A stretch of DNA of 64,000 nucleotides, taken from contig OY970290.1 of NCBI GenBank assembly GCA_963716205.1, forward strand, positions 520,322-584,321, given 5' to 3'. Numbering within the stretch: the first letter of the stretch is position 1; each line of letters starts with the position of its first letter. The notes under the pieces were generated by a model, which worked only from the letters and a program-made list of their open reading frames with translations, did not search any database and had not been told where the DNA came from. The position numbers and the translations under genes are program-made. The DNA is from an uncultured bacterium (GTDB taxonomy: Bacteria; Patescibacteriota; Minisyncoccia; Phycocordibacterales; GWA1-40-21). Shown here piece after piece: positions 30,908 through 40,915 of this stretch.

Positions 30908-31366
30908 TTAATTTTTTGCGAGAGCAAGAGCTGTCGCAAGAGATTGTTCAAATGCATTGCTTGTCTGCGTCGCACCGGAAACGATATTCACATCTGCACT
31001 CTGCGACTGTATCGTTTCGGATTTCAAAATCGGCATTGAAGAATTGCTGACATCAAGCGAATGTCCGTGATTGGGATATTGCAGAAATGCTATATTGGCA
31101 AGCGCACCATTTTGTATAACGGCTTGGACCTGAAGGTTTCCGTAATATGCGTTTGCAACAGAGCCGATATACGTGCCGTCTTTGTAGGCACCACCGTTTT
31201 GCGAAATATTTTCTGAACTTGTTGTTGCTTGAGTTGTTGTTTGAACTATCGGCTGATTTTTATTGCCTGAAACCGCGGCAATATTCGTCTGCCCGGTCAT
31301 ATTCTGATATATGATATAGCCGGCAACAGCAAGGATAAATATAGAAGATACTATGATTTTTTTCAT
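30908..31366 (-). CDS. Exported FMN-binding (flavinylated) protein
   Basis: Signal/TM, YKDGTY.G, YG..QV, VSGATQTS flavinylation motif. Confidence 0.9.
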   Translation of the reverse strand: MKKIIVSSIFILAVAGYIIYQNMTGQTNIAAVSGNKNQPIVQTTTQATTSSENISQNGGAYKDGTYIGSVANAYYGNLQVQAVIQNGALANIAFLQYPNHGHSLDVSNSSMPILKSETIQSQSADVNIVSGATQTSNAFEQSLATALALAKN

Positions 31367-31520
31367 GGAATTAATTATATAATGACTGATAATAAAGGCA
31401 ATAAAGCTATTTTGTTTGTTTTTATACGTCTACTCTGTGAATAAGTTGCTTGTTTTTACATGGCTTATGATATAATTGTATGGTCGAATTTTATTTAACT
31501 TATTTTATTTTAATAATAAT

Positions 31521-31793
31521 ATGATGGACGGAAAAGACAATATGCATATGTGCGGATGCGGCGGATCATGCAATTGTGGATGCGGCATGGGACATAAGCA
31601 TCGCGGATATTGGATAGCAAAGAAAGTTTTTTGGTTGCTTGTTTTGATCGTAGTTTTCTGCTTTGGTATCCAGCTTGGGGAATTGAGAACATTGTCAAGA
31701 GAATTTTCTCAGCCTCGCATGATGGGAATGTATGGAAACATGAGTGGAAATATGATGTATAACCGAATGGGAACATCAACAATGAATCAGTAG
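31521..31793 (+). CDS. Small membrane protein with Cys/His-rich N-terminus and Met-rich tail
   Basis: MCGCGGSCNCGCGMGHKH, one TM, MMGMYGNMSGNMM. Confidence 0.65.
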   Translation: MMDGKDNMHMCGCGGSCNCGCGMGHKHRGYWIAKKVFWLLVLIVVFCFGIQLGELRTLSREFSQPRMMGMYGNMSGNMMYNRMGTSTMNQ

Positions 31794-31801
31794 GACAAAT
31801 C

Positions 31802-31832
31802 AAAAGAGCGGCGCCGAAGGCGCCGCTCTTTT
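31802..31832. terminator. Bidirectional terminator (AAAGAGCGGCGC family, copy 2)
   Basis: AAAAGAGCGGCGCC-GAA-GGCGCCGCTCTTTT between convergent genes. Confidence 0.85.
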
Positions 31833-31845
31833 GATTTTGCGTTTT

Positions 31846-32235
31846 TTATTTTTTGTCCAAATCCAAACATACCGAATTCATGCAATACCGTTTCCCCGTT
31901 TTTGTCGGACCGTCATCAAATACATGGCCGAGATGCGATCCACATTTCGCGCAGACTACTTCTGTGCGATGCATTCCATCGCTGTCATCGTCTTTCAATT
32001 CCACTGCACCGGGCAAAGCTTGGTCAAATGAGGGCCAGCCCGTGCCGGAGTCAAACTTCGCATCGGATGAAAAAAGTGGATTGCCGCAGACCATGCAATT
32101 GTATGTGCCTTGTGCTTTTTCATACACATACGTGCCGGAAAATGGCTTCTCCGTCCCTTTTTGCCGCAGGACTTCATATTGCTCCGGCGTCAGCTTCTTT
32201 TTCAATTCTTCTTCATTTACTTGTATTTTATTCAT
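31846..32235 (-). CDS. msrB: Methionine-R-sulfoxide reductase
   Basis: [32 protein letters not shown]. Confidence 0.95.
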   Translation of the reverse strand: MNKIQVNEEELKKKLTPEQYEVLRQKGTEKPFSGTYVYEKAQGTYNCMVCGNPLFSSDAKFDSGTGWPSFDQALPGAVELKDDDSDGMHRTEVVCAKCGSHLGHVFDDGPTKTGKRYCMNSVCLDLDKK

Positions 32236-32245
32236 AAAAATTTTA

Positions 32246-32785
32246 TTAAATTGTTTTTAAAAATTCCGCGTATTTTTTCTGCACTTTTTCGAGCTTCGGA
32301 TTGATGACGAGCAGGCAGTAGGAATTGTTCGGATGATTGGCAAAATAATCTTTGTGGTAATTTTCCGCCGGATAAAATGTTTCGAGCGGCACGACCTCGG
32401 TCACCACCTTCGCCCCAGCTTTGTTTGAATTATTTATATCTTTGATGAAATCTTCTGCTTCTTTTTTCTGTAATTCCGTCGTATAAAAAACCACTGAGCG
32501 ATATTGCGTCCCTACGTCATTTCCCTGCCTATTGAGCGTCGTCGGATCATGGCTTGCAAAAAATATCGTCAGAAGCGTTTCGTATTTCACGAGCGCAGGA
32601 TCGTATTCCACTTTCACCACTTCGGCATGTCCGGTATCACCCATACTCACTTCCTCATACGTCGGATTCAATGTCCTCCCACCAGCATATCCCGGCAAAA
32701 CGGAAGAAACGCCTTTCATCATTTTGAAGACGGCCTCCGTGCACCAAAAGCATCCCCCTCCGAATACCGTTGTTTCTGTTTTCAT
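32246..32785 (-). CDS. msrA: Methionine-S-sulfoxide reductase
   Basis: [24 protein letters not shown]. Confidence 0.95.
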   Translation of the reverse strand: MKTETTVFGGGCFWCTEAVFKMMKGVSSVLPGYAGGRTLNPTYEEVSMGDTGHAEVVKVEYDPALVKYETLLTIFFASHDPTTLNRQGNDVGTQYRSVVFYTTELQKKEAEDFIKDINNSNKAGAKVVTEVVPLETFYPAENYHKDYFANHPNNSYCLLVINPKLEKVQKKYAEFLKTI

Positions 32786-32803
32786 ATTTTTATTATATCA
32801 AAA

Positions 32804-34585
32804 TTATCCAAACGTAAACGTGTACGCATCAAGTCCGCTTCCTTCCACTTCAATTTTAACGGTGTGCGTGCCGTAAGAATCCGACTGCAAAAGTTTGTAG
32901 AGCTTGTCGCCTTGTATCGTCGCCGTGCCATCGGGTGAAACATCCGCTCCTGCCATTGCACCCGGAGCTTTGCCGTCAACAGTGATTTTTATTTGCGTGC
33001 CAGCTGGATTTTCCGATGCCGCCACAAAATACAGATTTTTTGCGGAATATTGATATTCAATCTCGCTTCCCGTCGCCGCTTGCGCGTATTGGGGAGTGAA
33101 ATTCCAATTGCCACCAAGATACAATTGATTCATTGCGATTAAACTCGGAATTACCAGACTCTGCATTCCATTGACGCTTTGATTTCCATTCGAGAGATAT
33201 TCATTTCTGTTTGAGCCGAAATATGTTTCAGGGCTCGCGACCGCGGAATAATTTATCGAGACTGCGTCCGACGGATTGACAATGCCGGCGGAAATTGGAG
33301 TCGATGTGCCGAGCACCGTATCAAGCTGTCCGAGTGCTTTTTGTATCGCCTCTTCCGTCACGTCGTAGTCGCCCTCGCCCGGATGATTGTAGACAATGTA
33401 ACCCTCAGCATCGATCAAGTATGTATTCGGCCAATATTCATTACCGAAAGCGTTCCATGTGCCGTAATCATTATCCATGACGACTGGATACGTGATGGCA
33501 TCCGTTGCGACTGCTTGCTCGACATTCGATTGCACTTTTTCAAACGAGAATTCCGGAGTGTGAATGCCGATAATCTCCAATCCCTCGGATGCATATTTGG
33601 CATTCCATGCTTTGATATACGGCGTGGCGCGCTCGCAATTGATACAGCTGTATGTCCAAAAATATACGAGTACTATTTTTTTATTTTTGAATTGTCCGAT
33701 GGTAATCGGCGAGCCGTTGGTATTGATGAATGCAGACGGATCTGTAATTTCTGGCGCCTTTTGATAATGCGCTTCATCGTATGCAAGCAATTTCGCGGCA
33801 TTTTCCGCGGAGCTCGTGGCATTGAGTGTGACAGTGCTCGTGGCGATTGTATTTGATGATTGTGAATTTTCTAAAAGATTTTGCTCTATCTTTGTCACAT
33901 CAAAATATCCGGAATTGGTGATTGCCGATTCGATTTGCGTATCAAGCCCGAACATAATCAGTATGCCAAGCGCAACAAAAATTACGCCGATCGTTTTCTT
34001 CAGCCAGCCGTTCGGGTCCGAAGCAATATTAAATTTTGCCAAAAGCTTTTGTCCGGCGACCGATATCAAAAGCAAGGTGCCGCAAAGCCCGATCGTGTAG
34101 ACAAGCAAATACAAAATTCCCACAACGATGCTTCTCGGCAAAACGGTGGCAAGAATAAGGAAATATGTCGGTGAACAGCTCGAAAATACCGGACCAAGCG
34201 CCACACCGATCAAAACATCACCGATGAAATTTTGTTTTTGATAGCCAACGGTGATTAATTTATTCGAATCGCGGTTGATCATGGAGAGAAATGGAATTTT
34301 GTCGAGCAGCTTCGGAAAGACCATGGTCAATCCAAGACCGAAAATAATCACGCCCGAAAGTATTTGCCAGAATGACTGCGGGACATTAATGAACACCGTG
34401 CTAACTTTCAGAATAAGCGTAAAAAGAATGACCGACACGCCGAGCGATGTAGTGACGACAAATGCGCGGCGCATGTTGCGCTCCCCGCTCAATGTCCCGC
34501 CGACAATCACAGGCAGTAGCGCCAAAGTGCACGGCGCAAGGACAGTCAGTATTCCGGCGATCAATGATAATGCCAAAAGTATCAT
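32804..34585 (-). CDS. dipZ: DipZ-like CcdA + redoxin fusion
   Basis: LAPC..LP and SSC TM domain; FWTYSCINC, HTPEF, PETY.G, YTFTFG C-terminus. Confidence 0.85.
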   Translation of the reverse strand: MILLALSLIAGILTVLAPCTLALLPVIVGGTLSGERNMRRAFVVTTSLGVSVILFTLILKVSTVFINVPQSFWQILSGVIIFGLGLTMVFPKLLDKIPFLSMINRDSNKLITVGYQKQNFIGDVLIGVALGPVFSSCSPTYFLILATVLPRSIVVGILYLLVYTIGLCGTLLLISVAGQKLLAKFNIASDPNGWLKKTIGVIFVALGILIMFGLDTQIESAITNSGYFDVTKIEQNLLENSQSSNTIATSTVTLNATSSAENAAKLLAYDEAHYQKAPEITDPSAFINTNGSPITIGQFKNKKIVLVYFWTYSCINCERATPYIKAWNAKYASEGLEIIGIHTPEFSFEKVQSNVEQAVATDAITYPVVMDNDYGTWNAFGNEYWPNTYLIDAEGYIVYNHPGEGDYDVTEEAIQKALGQLDTVLGTSTPISAGIVNPSDAVSINYSAVASPETYFGSNRNEYLSNGNQSVNGMQSLVIPSLIAMNQLYLGGNWNFTPQYAQAATGSEIEYQYSAKNLYFVAASENPAGTQIKITVDGKAPGAMAGADVSPDGTATIQGDKLYKLLQSDSYGTHTVKIEVEGSGLDAYTFTFG

Positions 34586-34630
34586 GGGATAATTTTAACA
34601 TATATACAAAATATGCAACATTTGCACTTT

Positions 34631-36112
34631 TTATTCTATGTGCACTTTCACATTGGTATTTTCATGCTTCAATTTCATGAAAAGAATGGTGAATGAACCG
34701 AGAAAAACGATGATTGCTGACACAAGGAAAACATACGAATACGCATCCACCTGCGCTTTGAGCTCGATGAGTGCGATATATTTTTGAATATCCAGCGGAT
34801 TGAAACTGCGCAAAAAACTGAAACTGTTGATGGAAAGGATATTATGATTAACTCGATCCGTAAGAATCGTGCCGAAGACTGCGATGCCAAATGCTCCGGC
34901 AATATTCCTGCCGAGCGCGAGAATCGATGATGCCACGCCGATCTCTTCCTGCTTGACGATTGAAGCAATGACATTTGTTCTCTGCGCCATACCGAAACCC
35001 ATGCCAAATGCCATGATTGCAAGCGGATAGATCAAATCGAATGCACTCGATCTCGGATCAATAAATGAAAATAAATAAATGCCGAGTGCCGCCACGACCG
35101 TGCTGCCAAAAATCACGTATTTCGCTTTTACTTTGCCGATAAGCGCTCCTCCAATCGGCGCGGCAAGCATCATGGCTGCTGCCATGGGAATAAAAAGATA
35201 ACCAGATTGCGTCGCCGTGTAGCCGAGAAATGTCTGGGCAAAAACCGGCACGAGAAAAAGCGATCCCATCATACCCATAAAGACAATGAAATTGTTGCCA
35301 AGCGTGTTGACGAACGCCGGCATCTTGAAAAAATCGAGATCGACAATCGGCTCTTTTGCTTTTCTTTCTATTACAAGAAATATTTTGGTAAATGCGATAC
35401 ATGCGATATAGCAGATGATGCTTGAAAATGAGAACCATCCCCATGTCGGCCCCTGATCAAGCACGAGCACGAGTGCCGAGAGCGCGATACCAAGCGTAAT
35501 CGAACCCCACCAGTCGAATGACACCGTCTTTTTTTCCGATTTTGATTCATGGACAAACCGCAGTGCCATGAAAAGTCCCAGCAATCCGACGGGAAGATTG
35601 ACGAGAAAAACTGATCGCCATCCAAAGCTATCGATGAGCGGTCCGCCGATGAGCGGTCCGAATACCGCCGCCGCGGCAAATGATGACGACCAAATGCCGA
35701 GTGCCTGCGCACGCTCCTTGCCTTGCGTAAATGTCACCGCGATGATGGCCATGGCAGTAGGATAATCCGCCGATCCTGCGATCGCCTGGATGACGCGAAA
35801 GACGATGAGCGATGAAAGATTCCATGAAAGTCCGGCAAGAACCGATCCAAAAATAAAAATACTGAAACCAAGAATATAGATCTTTTTTCTGCCGAGCGTG
35901 TCGCCAAGCTTGCCCCAGATCGGCACAAAGATTGCATTCGCCAAAATATACGCAGTGGCAATCCATCCCGCAGCGGTGACTGTAATACCAAAATCGCTGA
36001 TGACTTTCGGAATGGCGAGATTGACAATTGTCTGATCCAGCCTGCCGAGAAATGTTCCGATGATGACCGTCAGAAGAACCCACCATTTGAGATTGGATTC
36101 TTTTTCTTCCAT
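34631..36112 (-). CDS. DHA2 (EmrB/QacA) MFS efflux transporter
   Basis: LDQTIVNLA.P, GKLGD.LGRK, WR.VFL.NLP.G; 14 TMs. Confidence 0.9.
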   Translation of the reverse strand: MEEKESNLKWWVLLTVIIGTFLGRLDQTIVNLAIPKVISDFGITVTAAGWIATAYILANAIFVPIWGKLGDTLGRKKIYILGFSIFIFGSVLAGLSWNLSSLIVFRVIQAIAGSADYPTAMAIIAVTFTQGKERAQALGIWSSSFAAAAVFGPLIGGPLIDSFGWRSVFLVNLPVGLLGLFMALRFVHESKSEKKTVSFDWWGSITLGIALSALVLVLDQGPTWGWFSFSSIICYIACIAFTKIFLVIERKAKEPIVDLDFFKMPAFVNTLGNNFIVFMGMMGSLFLVPVFAQTFLGYTATQSGYLFIPMAAAMMLAAPIGGALIGKVKAKYVIFGSTVVAALGIYLFSFIDPRSSAFDLIYPLAIMAFGMGFGMAQRTNVIASIVKQEEIGVASSILALGRNIAGAFGIAVFGTILTDRVNHNILSINSFSFLRSFNPLDIQKYIALIELKAQVDAYSYVFLVSAIIVFLGSFTILFMKLKHENTNVKVHIE

Positions 36113-36113
36113 A

Positions 36114-36764
36114 TTAATTATTGGTGTAGACAGTTATTTTTGCCGACATGCCGCTCTTCAATTCCGAATACTTGCTATCATCAAATGAAACTTTGATGTC
36201 AAATTTATTTACCGGGCGCTCATCGGAAATGGAAAATACCACGCCGGTATCTTCGGAAACCGGACTGATCTCGGCAACGACGCCTTCGTATGTTTTTCCC
36301 GGATAGGTATCGACGGTAAATGTTGCGCGGTCGCCGACAGAAATATTTTTCAATCCTTTTGTCTCATCAACCGAACCGATGACCGTCATATCGCTGTTAT
36401 CAACGACTGAAATGACCGTTTGACCGGGTTCATAATATGAGCCGAGCACTTCCGGAGTGCTTGCAATAATGCCGCCATCTTTTGCATAAAGAATTTCCGA
36501 TCCGACGAGTGCAATCTGGCTATTGGGAGCGACAGTATCTCCTTCTTTAACATACAGCGCATTGAGCATGCCCGGAGTTGTCGGCGAAATATCTGCAACT
36601 GGAGCGGAAAGATATGAATTTTCAATAAAAACGGTATCGCGAACCGAGAGCCAATATAAAAATACAAACAGCAGCCCAAAAATAATTACGATTGCAAAAA
36701 CGCTCTGCACCCACGGCGTTTTCAAATGATTCTTTCCTTGTTTTGGTTGTGTTGTTGGTTCCAT
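36114..36764 (-). CDS. HlyD/EmrA-like adaptor (short, lacks the coiled-coil)
   Basis: TM, VKEGD, V.ET, DTYP...G.V, LKSGMS. Confidence 0.75.
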   Translation of the reverse strand: MEPTTQPKQGKNHLKTPWVQSVFAIVIIFGLLFVFLYWLSVRDTVFIENSYLSAPVADISPTTPGMLNALYVKEGDTVAPNSQIALVGSEILYAKDGGIIASTPEVLGSYYEPGQTVISVVDNSDMTVIGSVDETKGLKNISVGDRATFTVDTYPGKTYEGVVAEISPVSEDTGVVFSISDERPVNKFDIKVSFDDSKYSELKSGMSAKITVYTNN

Positions 36765-36772
36765 ATGTTTGT

Positions 36773-38077
36773 TTAGTGAATGACGACTTCATCGCCAGCT
36801 GATAATCCGGAAAGAATTTCTGTGTTCGTCGCGTCTGATGCACCGGTCGTAATGACTTTCTGCACTGTGCCGTTTCCTGATTTGACGAGCACATACAATG
36901 TACCGGCATTGTCGATGATCGCGCTGTTTGGAATCATCATTGCGACATTTTTAGAAATGGTTTGCCCAGCGAGATCAATTGCGGGTGCATTCGCAGAAGC
37001 AATTTGTCCAACGGTTATATATACCGCGGTCACGACCCCATCGCCCGGGGCGGCAATAATGCGATTATCGTAAGCTGATTGTGCGATTTGCACTGCGCCT
37101 TGCGCACTTGCCATCTGCGCTTGCGCTGCCGCAATATCCTCCGGTCTCGCTTGTGCGGTTGTAAGTGTCAAACCAGCCTGGCTTTGTGCAACTCCTACTT
37201 CGGCGCTTGAAACTGCCTGCGTTGCGCCAGTAAGTGCTGCGATCTGTCCGGTAATAACACCCTGTGCGGAAATAATATTGCCCTCCGCCGTGCTTTGTAC
37301 AGCCGCATTTCCCGAAACATACGTGGTAAAAAGAGAATTCAGATCAGAAAGATATGTTGAGATGGAATGCAAATTATTTTGTGCATCGTTTGCAAGCGTT
37401 GTCAGATCGCTTGCAGTATTGGTTCCGACAAGTTCGGATTGCCAGCCTGAAAGCATGAGATTGACCGATGCGCGTTCATTTTGGATCTGGTATTCTAAGC
37501 TTTGATTGCTGAAATTCACGCCGGATGTGTTGAGCATCGGAGTGTTTGCATCGGCATTGCTGAAAAAGATGTCGGTGTCGTTGCGCACTGCGTTCGTCCC
37601 GGCTGTCAATGAATCATTTAATGTCTGGATCAGAGTTTCTTCGCTGTGCGCGAGTGCTGTCTGCGCCGCATCAAGCGATGAACTGCTGACCGCAATATCC
37701 GCCGCCGTGGCGCCATTTTCCAATTTATTATAATTAGCAAGTGCAGAAGCGTACGCGGCTTTCGCTTGAGTCAAAGCGCCGAGCGAATTTTCTTGGTCAA
37801 GCGTTGCAAGCACTTCACCGTCTTTCACCATGTCGCCGACTTTGACGAAAACGCCGTCGATCTGACCGGAACCTTGGAAACTCAATGTCAGATTTTGTGC
37901 TGAGGCGCCAGTCGTCGTACCGAGACTCCAAACGTTCTGGATTATTCCCGCTTGCGCTTTTGCAAACTGATACGTCGGCGGGCGAGTGATGATGATTGCG
38001 CCGACAATTCCAATGATAATTGCAACGATGACTGAAATCGCCGCGACATGCTTTGGTTTGTGAATGATGTGAGTCAT
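36773..38077 (-). CDS. Efflux periplasmic adaptor subunit with long coiled-coil
   Basis: LSF..SG.I..V.VKVGD.V..G.VLA.LD, IIAP.DG.V, EILSGL..GD. Confidence 0.8.
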   Translation of the reverse strand: MTHIIHKPKHVAAISVIVAIIIGIVGAIIITRPPTYQFAKAQAGIIQNVWSLGTTTGASAQNLTLSFQGSGQIDGVFVKVGDMVKDGEVLATLDQENSLGALTQAKAAYASALANYNKLENGATAADIAVSSSSLDAAQTALAHSEETLIQTLNDSLTAGTNAVRNDTDIFFSNADANTPMLNTSGVNFSNQSLEYQIQNERASVNLMLSGWQSELVGTNTASDLTTLANDAQNNLHSISTYLSDLNSLFTTYVSGNAAVQSTAEGNIISAQGVITGQIAALTGATQAVSSAEVGVAQSQAGLTLTTAQARPEDIAAAQAQMASAQGAVQIAQSAYDNRIIAAPGDGVVTAVYITVGQIASANAPAIDLAGQTISKNVAMMIPNSAIIDNAGTLYVLVKSGNGTVQKVITTGASDATNTEILSGLSAGDEVVIH

Positions 38078-38160
38078 ATATTCTTAGGTTCGTCTTGAGT
38101 ATATTGAATGAAGCAAAAAAGTCAATTGGAAAAATCCGCCGTTTCAGATATACTTACCTT

Positions 38161-38523
38161 ATGGATTTGCAACAAAATATTCTTATCTGTTCTGTCTGCC
38201 ACCAGCCGTTATTGCCGAGTTATTATTTCTGTCCGAATTGCGGGACAAAAATAAACCAAGCTCCCCTTTCCACGTCAGTGGCGACACAGATCGGTATCTA
38301 TGCGTTCAGTATTGCCCTGCCGTGGATTCTCTATATCATGATTTCAAAATGGCCGGCGCTGAAATACGCAAAATCAAAAGATCCCAAAACTCGGCAGATC
38401 GGCATTATTGCCATTGCACTTCTGGTACTCTCGACGATTCTCACTATTTATCTCGCCTATGTCTGGACGCAAAGTGCAATCCAATCATCCGTGAACAGCA
38501 TCAATACTGACTTGAGTTTTTAG
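38161..38523 (+). CDS. Zinc-ribbon membrane protein
   Basis: CSVC...FCPNCG followed by two TMs. Confidence 0.75.
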   Translation: MDLQQNILICSVCHQPLLPSYYFCPNCGTKINQAPLSTSVATQIGIYAFSIALPWILYIMISKWPALKYAKSKDPKTRQIGIIAIALLVLSTILTIYLAYVWTQSAIQSSVNSINTDLSF

Positions 38524-38531
38524 AATTATTT

Positions 38532-38684
38532 TTAGTGAATCAAAATGTAATTCACGAGCTTCGACACCCAAAGATTTTGCGTGCATAAAAGAATGATGCC
38601 GATAATAATAAGTACCAAAAGAAAGATTCGAATCACCCGAATAAGCGGGCTCGGATGATCATTGTTTCTCCAATTGAATGACAT
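38532..38684 (-). CDS. 50-aa single-TM small protein
   Basis: MSFNWRNNDHPSPLIRVIRIFLLVLIIIGIILLCTQNLWVSKLVNYILIH; fills the gap; below the ORF-track cutoff. Confidence 0.55.
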   Translation of the reverse strand: MSFNWRNNDHPSPLIRVIRIFLLVLIIIGIILLCTQNLWVSKLVNYILIH

Positions 38685-38695
38685 GGGAATAAAAT

Positions 38696-38821
38696 TTATC
38701 TTCTTTTCTTCAGAAAATTCTGTCTGGTCTTTTTCGCTTCACGAAGCTTGTCGAGTTTTGACTTTTCTTCCCGGACTTTTTCTATCGTTCGTATTTTTTT
38801 GAATGCGTCTTGTCTTCTCAT
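38696..38821 (-). CDS. 41-aa highly basic small protein
   Basis: MRRQDAFKKIRTIEKVREEKSKLDKLREAKKTRQNFLKKRR; TATACT immediately upstream. Confidence 0.5.
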   Translation of the reverse strand: MRRQDAFKKIRTIEKVREEKSKLDKLREAKKTRQNFLKKRR

Positions 38822-38883
38822 AAGTATAGTATATCTTCTTTCTTCAGATTTTGCCAAGGATAAGAAATTGATATAATACGATT

Positions 38884-39744
38884 ATGAAATTTTTCAAAAC
38901 TATTCTTTTGTTTCTGACTGCAATGCTTTTTATTCCTCAAGCGGCTCTGGCGCAAACAGTGCCGGCACTGCATATTGCCCCGCAAGCCATTTCCCAAGGT
39001 GATCCGGCCATGATTACCGTTTCCGGCACGACAAGCCTGCCCTTCAAAAGCGTGCCGTCTCTGTATTTTTTTCTCTACAAAAATATTCCAACGGCTTTCT
39101 ACGGAATCGATCTCAATCAAAAAACCGGTACAACGACGATCACGGTAACTTTCAAAAACGGATTATTGCTTACTTCTTCGTTTTTTATCGCCCCCCGATT
39201 GCAGCCGCAAGAACCTCTTCCGATACCGGCGCAAATGGGCGGCAATAGCGCGGCAAACCAAACAAAAGTTATATCGAATCTGGAAAAAGATAATGCAAAT
39301 ATCGCGCTTACCTATTCGCGCATGGACAAAGCTTTGTGGACAAGCGCCTTTGCATTTCCCGTTTCTCCTCCGATTATCGTCACCGATCCGTACGGCTATG
39401 GTCGGAACAGCGGCGATTACACAATCACACACAAAGGCGTTGACTTTCGCGCTCCGCCTGGTACGCCAATCTATGCGATCAATCGTGGTGTCGTTCGCGT
39501 GGCGAAAAATTATATTACCTACGGCAATACGGTCATTGTTGATCATGGACTCGGTCTTCTTTCAATGTATATGCATCTGTCACAAATCGATGTTACTGTC
39601 GGCGAGCTTGTGCAAAAAGGAGAGTTCATCGGACTTTCCGGCGAGACTGGATATTCCGAGGGTCCGCATTTGCATCTGACCGTGCGCATCAATGGAATAT
39701 CGATAGATCCGCTTGCATTCTTTGCACTTTTCGGAATCAAATAA
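38884..39744 (+). CDS. M23 family metallopeptidase
   Basis: Signal peptide, HKGVD, YMHLS, GPHLH. Confidence 0.9.
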   Translation: MKFFKTILLFLTAMLFIPQAALAQTVPALHIAPQAISQGDPAMITVSGTTSLPFKSVPSLYFFLYKNIPTAFYGIDLNQKTGTTTITVTFKNGLLLTSSFFIAPRLQPQEPLPIPAQMGGNSAANQTKVISNLEKDNANIALTYSRMDKALWTSAFAFPVSPPIIVTDPYGYGRNSGDYTITHKGVDFRAPPGTPIYAINRGVVRVAKNYITYGNTVIVDHGLGLLSMYMHLSQIDVTVGELVQKGEFIGLSGETGYSEGPHLHLTVRINGISIDPLAFFALFGIK

Positions 39745-39761
39745 AAATATTCAGTTTATTT

Positions 39762-40524
39762 TTATAACTCTCGGAAAAATATCGCCAGTACAATCAAAAG
39801 AAGAACAAAATATAAAATATAGCTTGCTTGAGAATTTTTTTGCGCAGTACTCGTCGCCGTTATCATCGTTCCAACGTTAGTATTTACAATTTTTGTCGAA
39901 GTCGATGTAGTTGAAACAATCGGCAAATTTGGCGGGAGTCCGCCGCTTATTGTCGGAGTTTTTGTTTGAATAAATGATGAAGGTATCGGAGTATTTATCG
40001 CAACACTGTTTTTTTGAACCGATGGTGACGGAGTTTGATTTGAAAAAAGAGCTGCTTCAGGACTTGCAAAAAAAGATGCCTCCGCCGCCCGTAAAACTGA
40101 CGGCGCTGACTTGATTGGGTCGCCAATCCGTCACCACATTGCAATACGCGCAATCAAACGTGATCGTTCCGGCGAGTGCGCCATTCGCGGTGCCGGAAAA
40201 TTTACCGGTCGCAGGATTTATGGTAACTCCCGAAAAATTAATCCATCCCAAATTTTCACCCCATGCAAATCCGGACAAATTTCCTTCTCCGTCATTGATA
40301 ACACCTCCTTCAGCCGGAGCAAAATTGATCCATCCGGCATTTGCCGACCATGCGTATCCGGAGAGACTATTGCTATTGACAATAACATTTTCAAAATTGA
40401 TATATCCAACATTATTGCTCCATGCATATTCATACGGATCGGAAATTGTTCCTGCTGCAGCAAACGAAATAAAAAGAAAAAAACTTAAAGAACAAATAGA
40501 GATGATAAGCTGTTTTTTAATCAT
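39762..40524 (-). pseudogene. Secreted W/G-repeat surface protein with C-terminal TM anchor, split by +1 frameshift in a T7 run
   Basis: Repeats of YAWS.N.GWINF; removing one T at 40068-40074 extends the 155-aa ORF to 253 aa with a Pro/Thr linker and TM YILYFVLLLIVLAIFF. Confidence 0.75.
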
Positions 40525-40530
40525 AAAATA

Positions 40531-40905
40531 TTATTGAGTATTGGTCGTCGATGTCGAAATTGGTGCAACATTGATGAGTTTATTGATTGATGGACGATAC
40601 AAGATTGCTTTCATTGAAGTTGTGTAAGCAAACAACACATCTCCATTTTCGGCATCGGCAAAAAACGGCTGATTTTTCAGTTTGCTCGTATCGGAAATGA
40701 CAGCAATGCTCGGTGTTTCATTTGCCGGAAGTTGAATCAGTTTTCCGAGATCAGCAATGAGTTCATTTTCCTCCTTTTGCGCTTTCGCATTTGCATTCAC
40801 CGTCAATGATTCATATTTATGATAAAAATAAAAAGAACCGCATGTGCCTACAACGGCGATACCGGCGAGAATGATGATGAAAAGTTTTTTTGATTTGGAT
40901 TTCAT
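40531..40905 (-). CDS. Membrane-anchored hypothetical protein typical of CPR surface operons
   Basis: TM, LP..ETP..A...KL..QPFF..A.NGD......KAILYRP. Confidence 0.75.
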   Translation of the reverse strand: MKSKSKKLFIIILAGIAVVGTCGSFYFYHKYESLTVNANAKAQKEENELIADLGKLIQLPANETPSIAVISDTSKLKNQPFFADAENGDVLFAYTTSMKAILYRPSINKLINVAPISTSTTNTQ

Positions 40906-40915
40906 AATTTATAAT

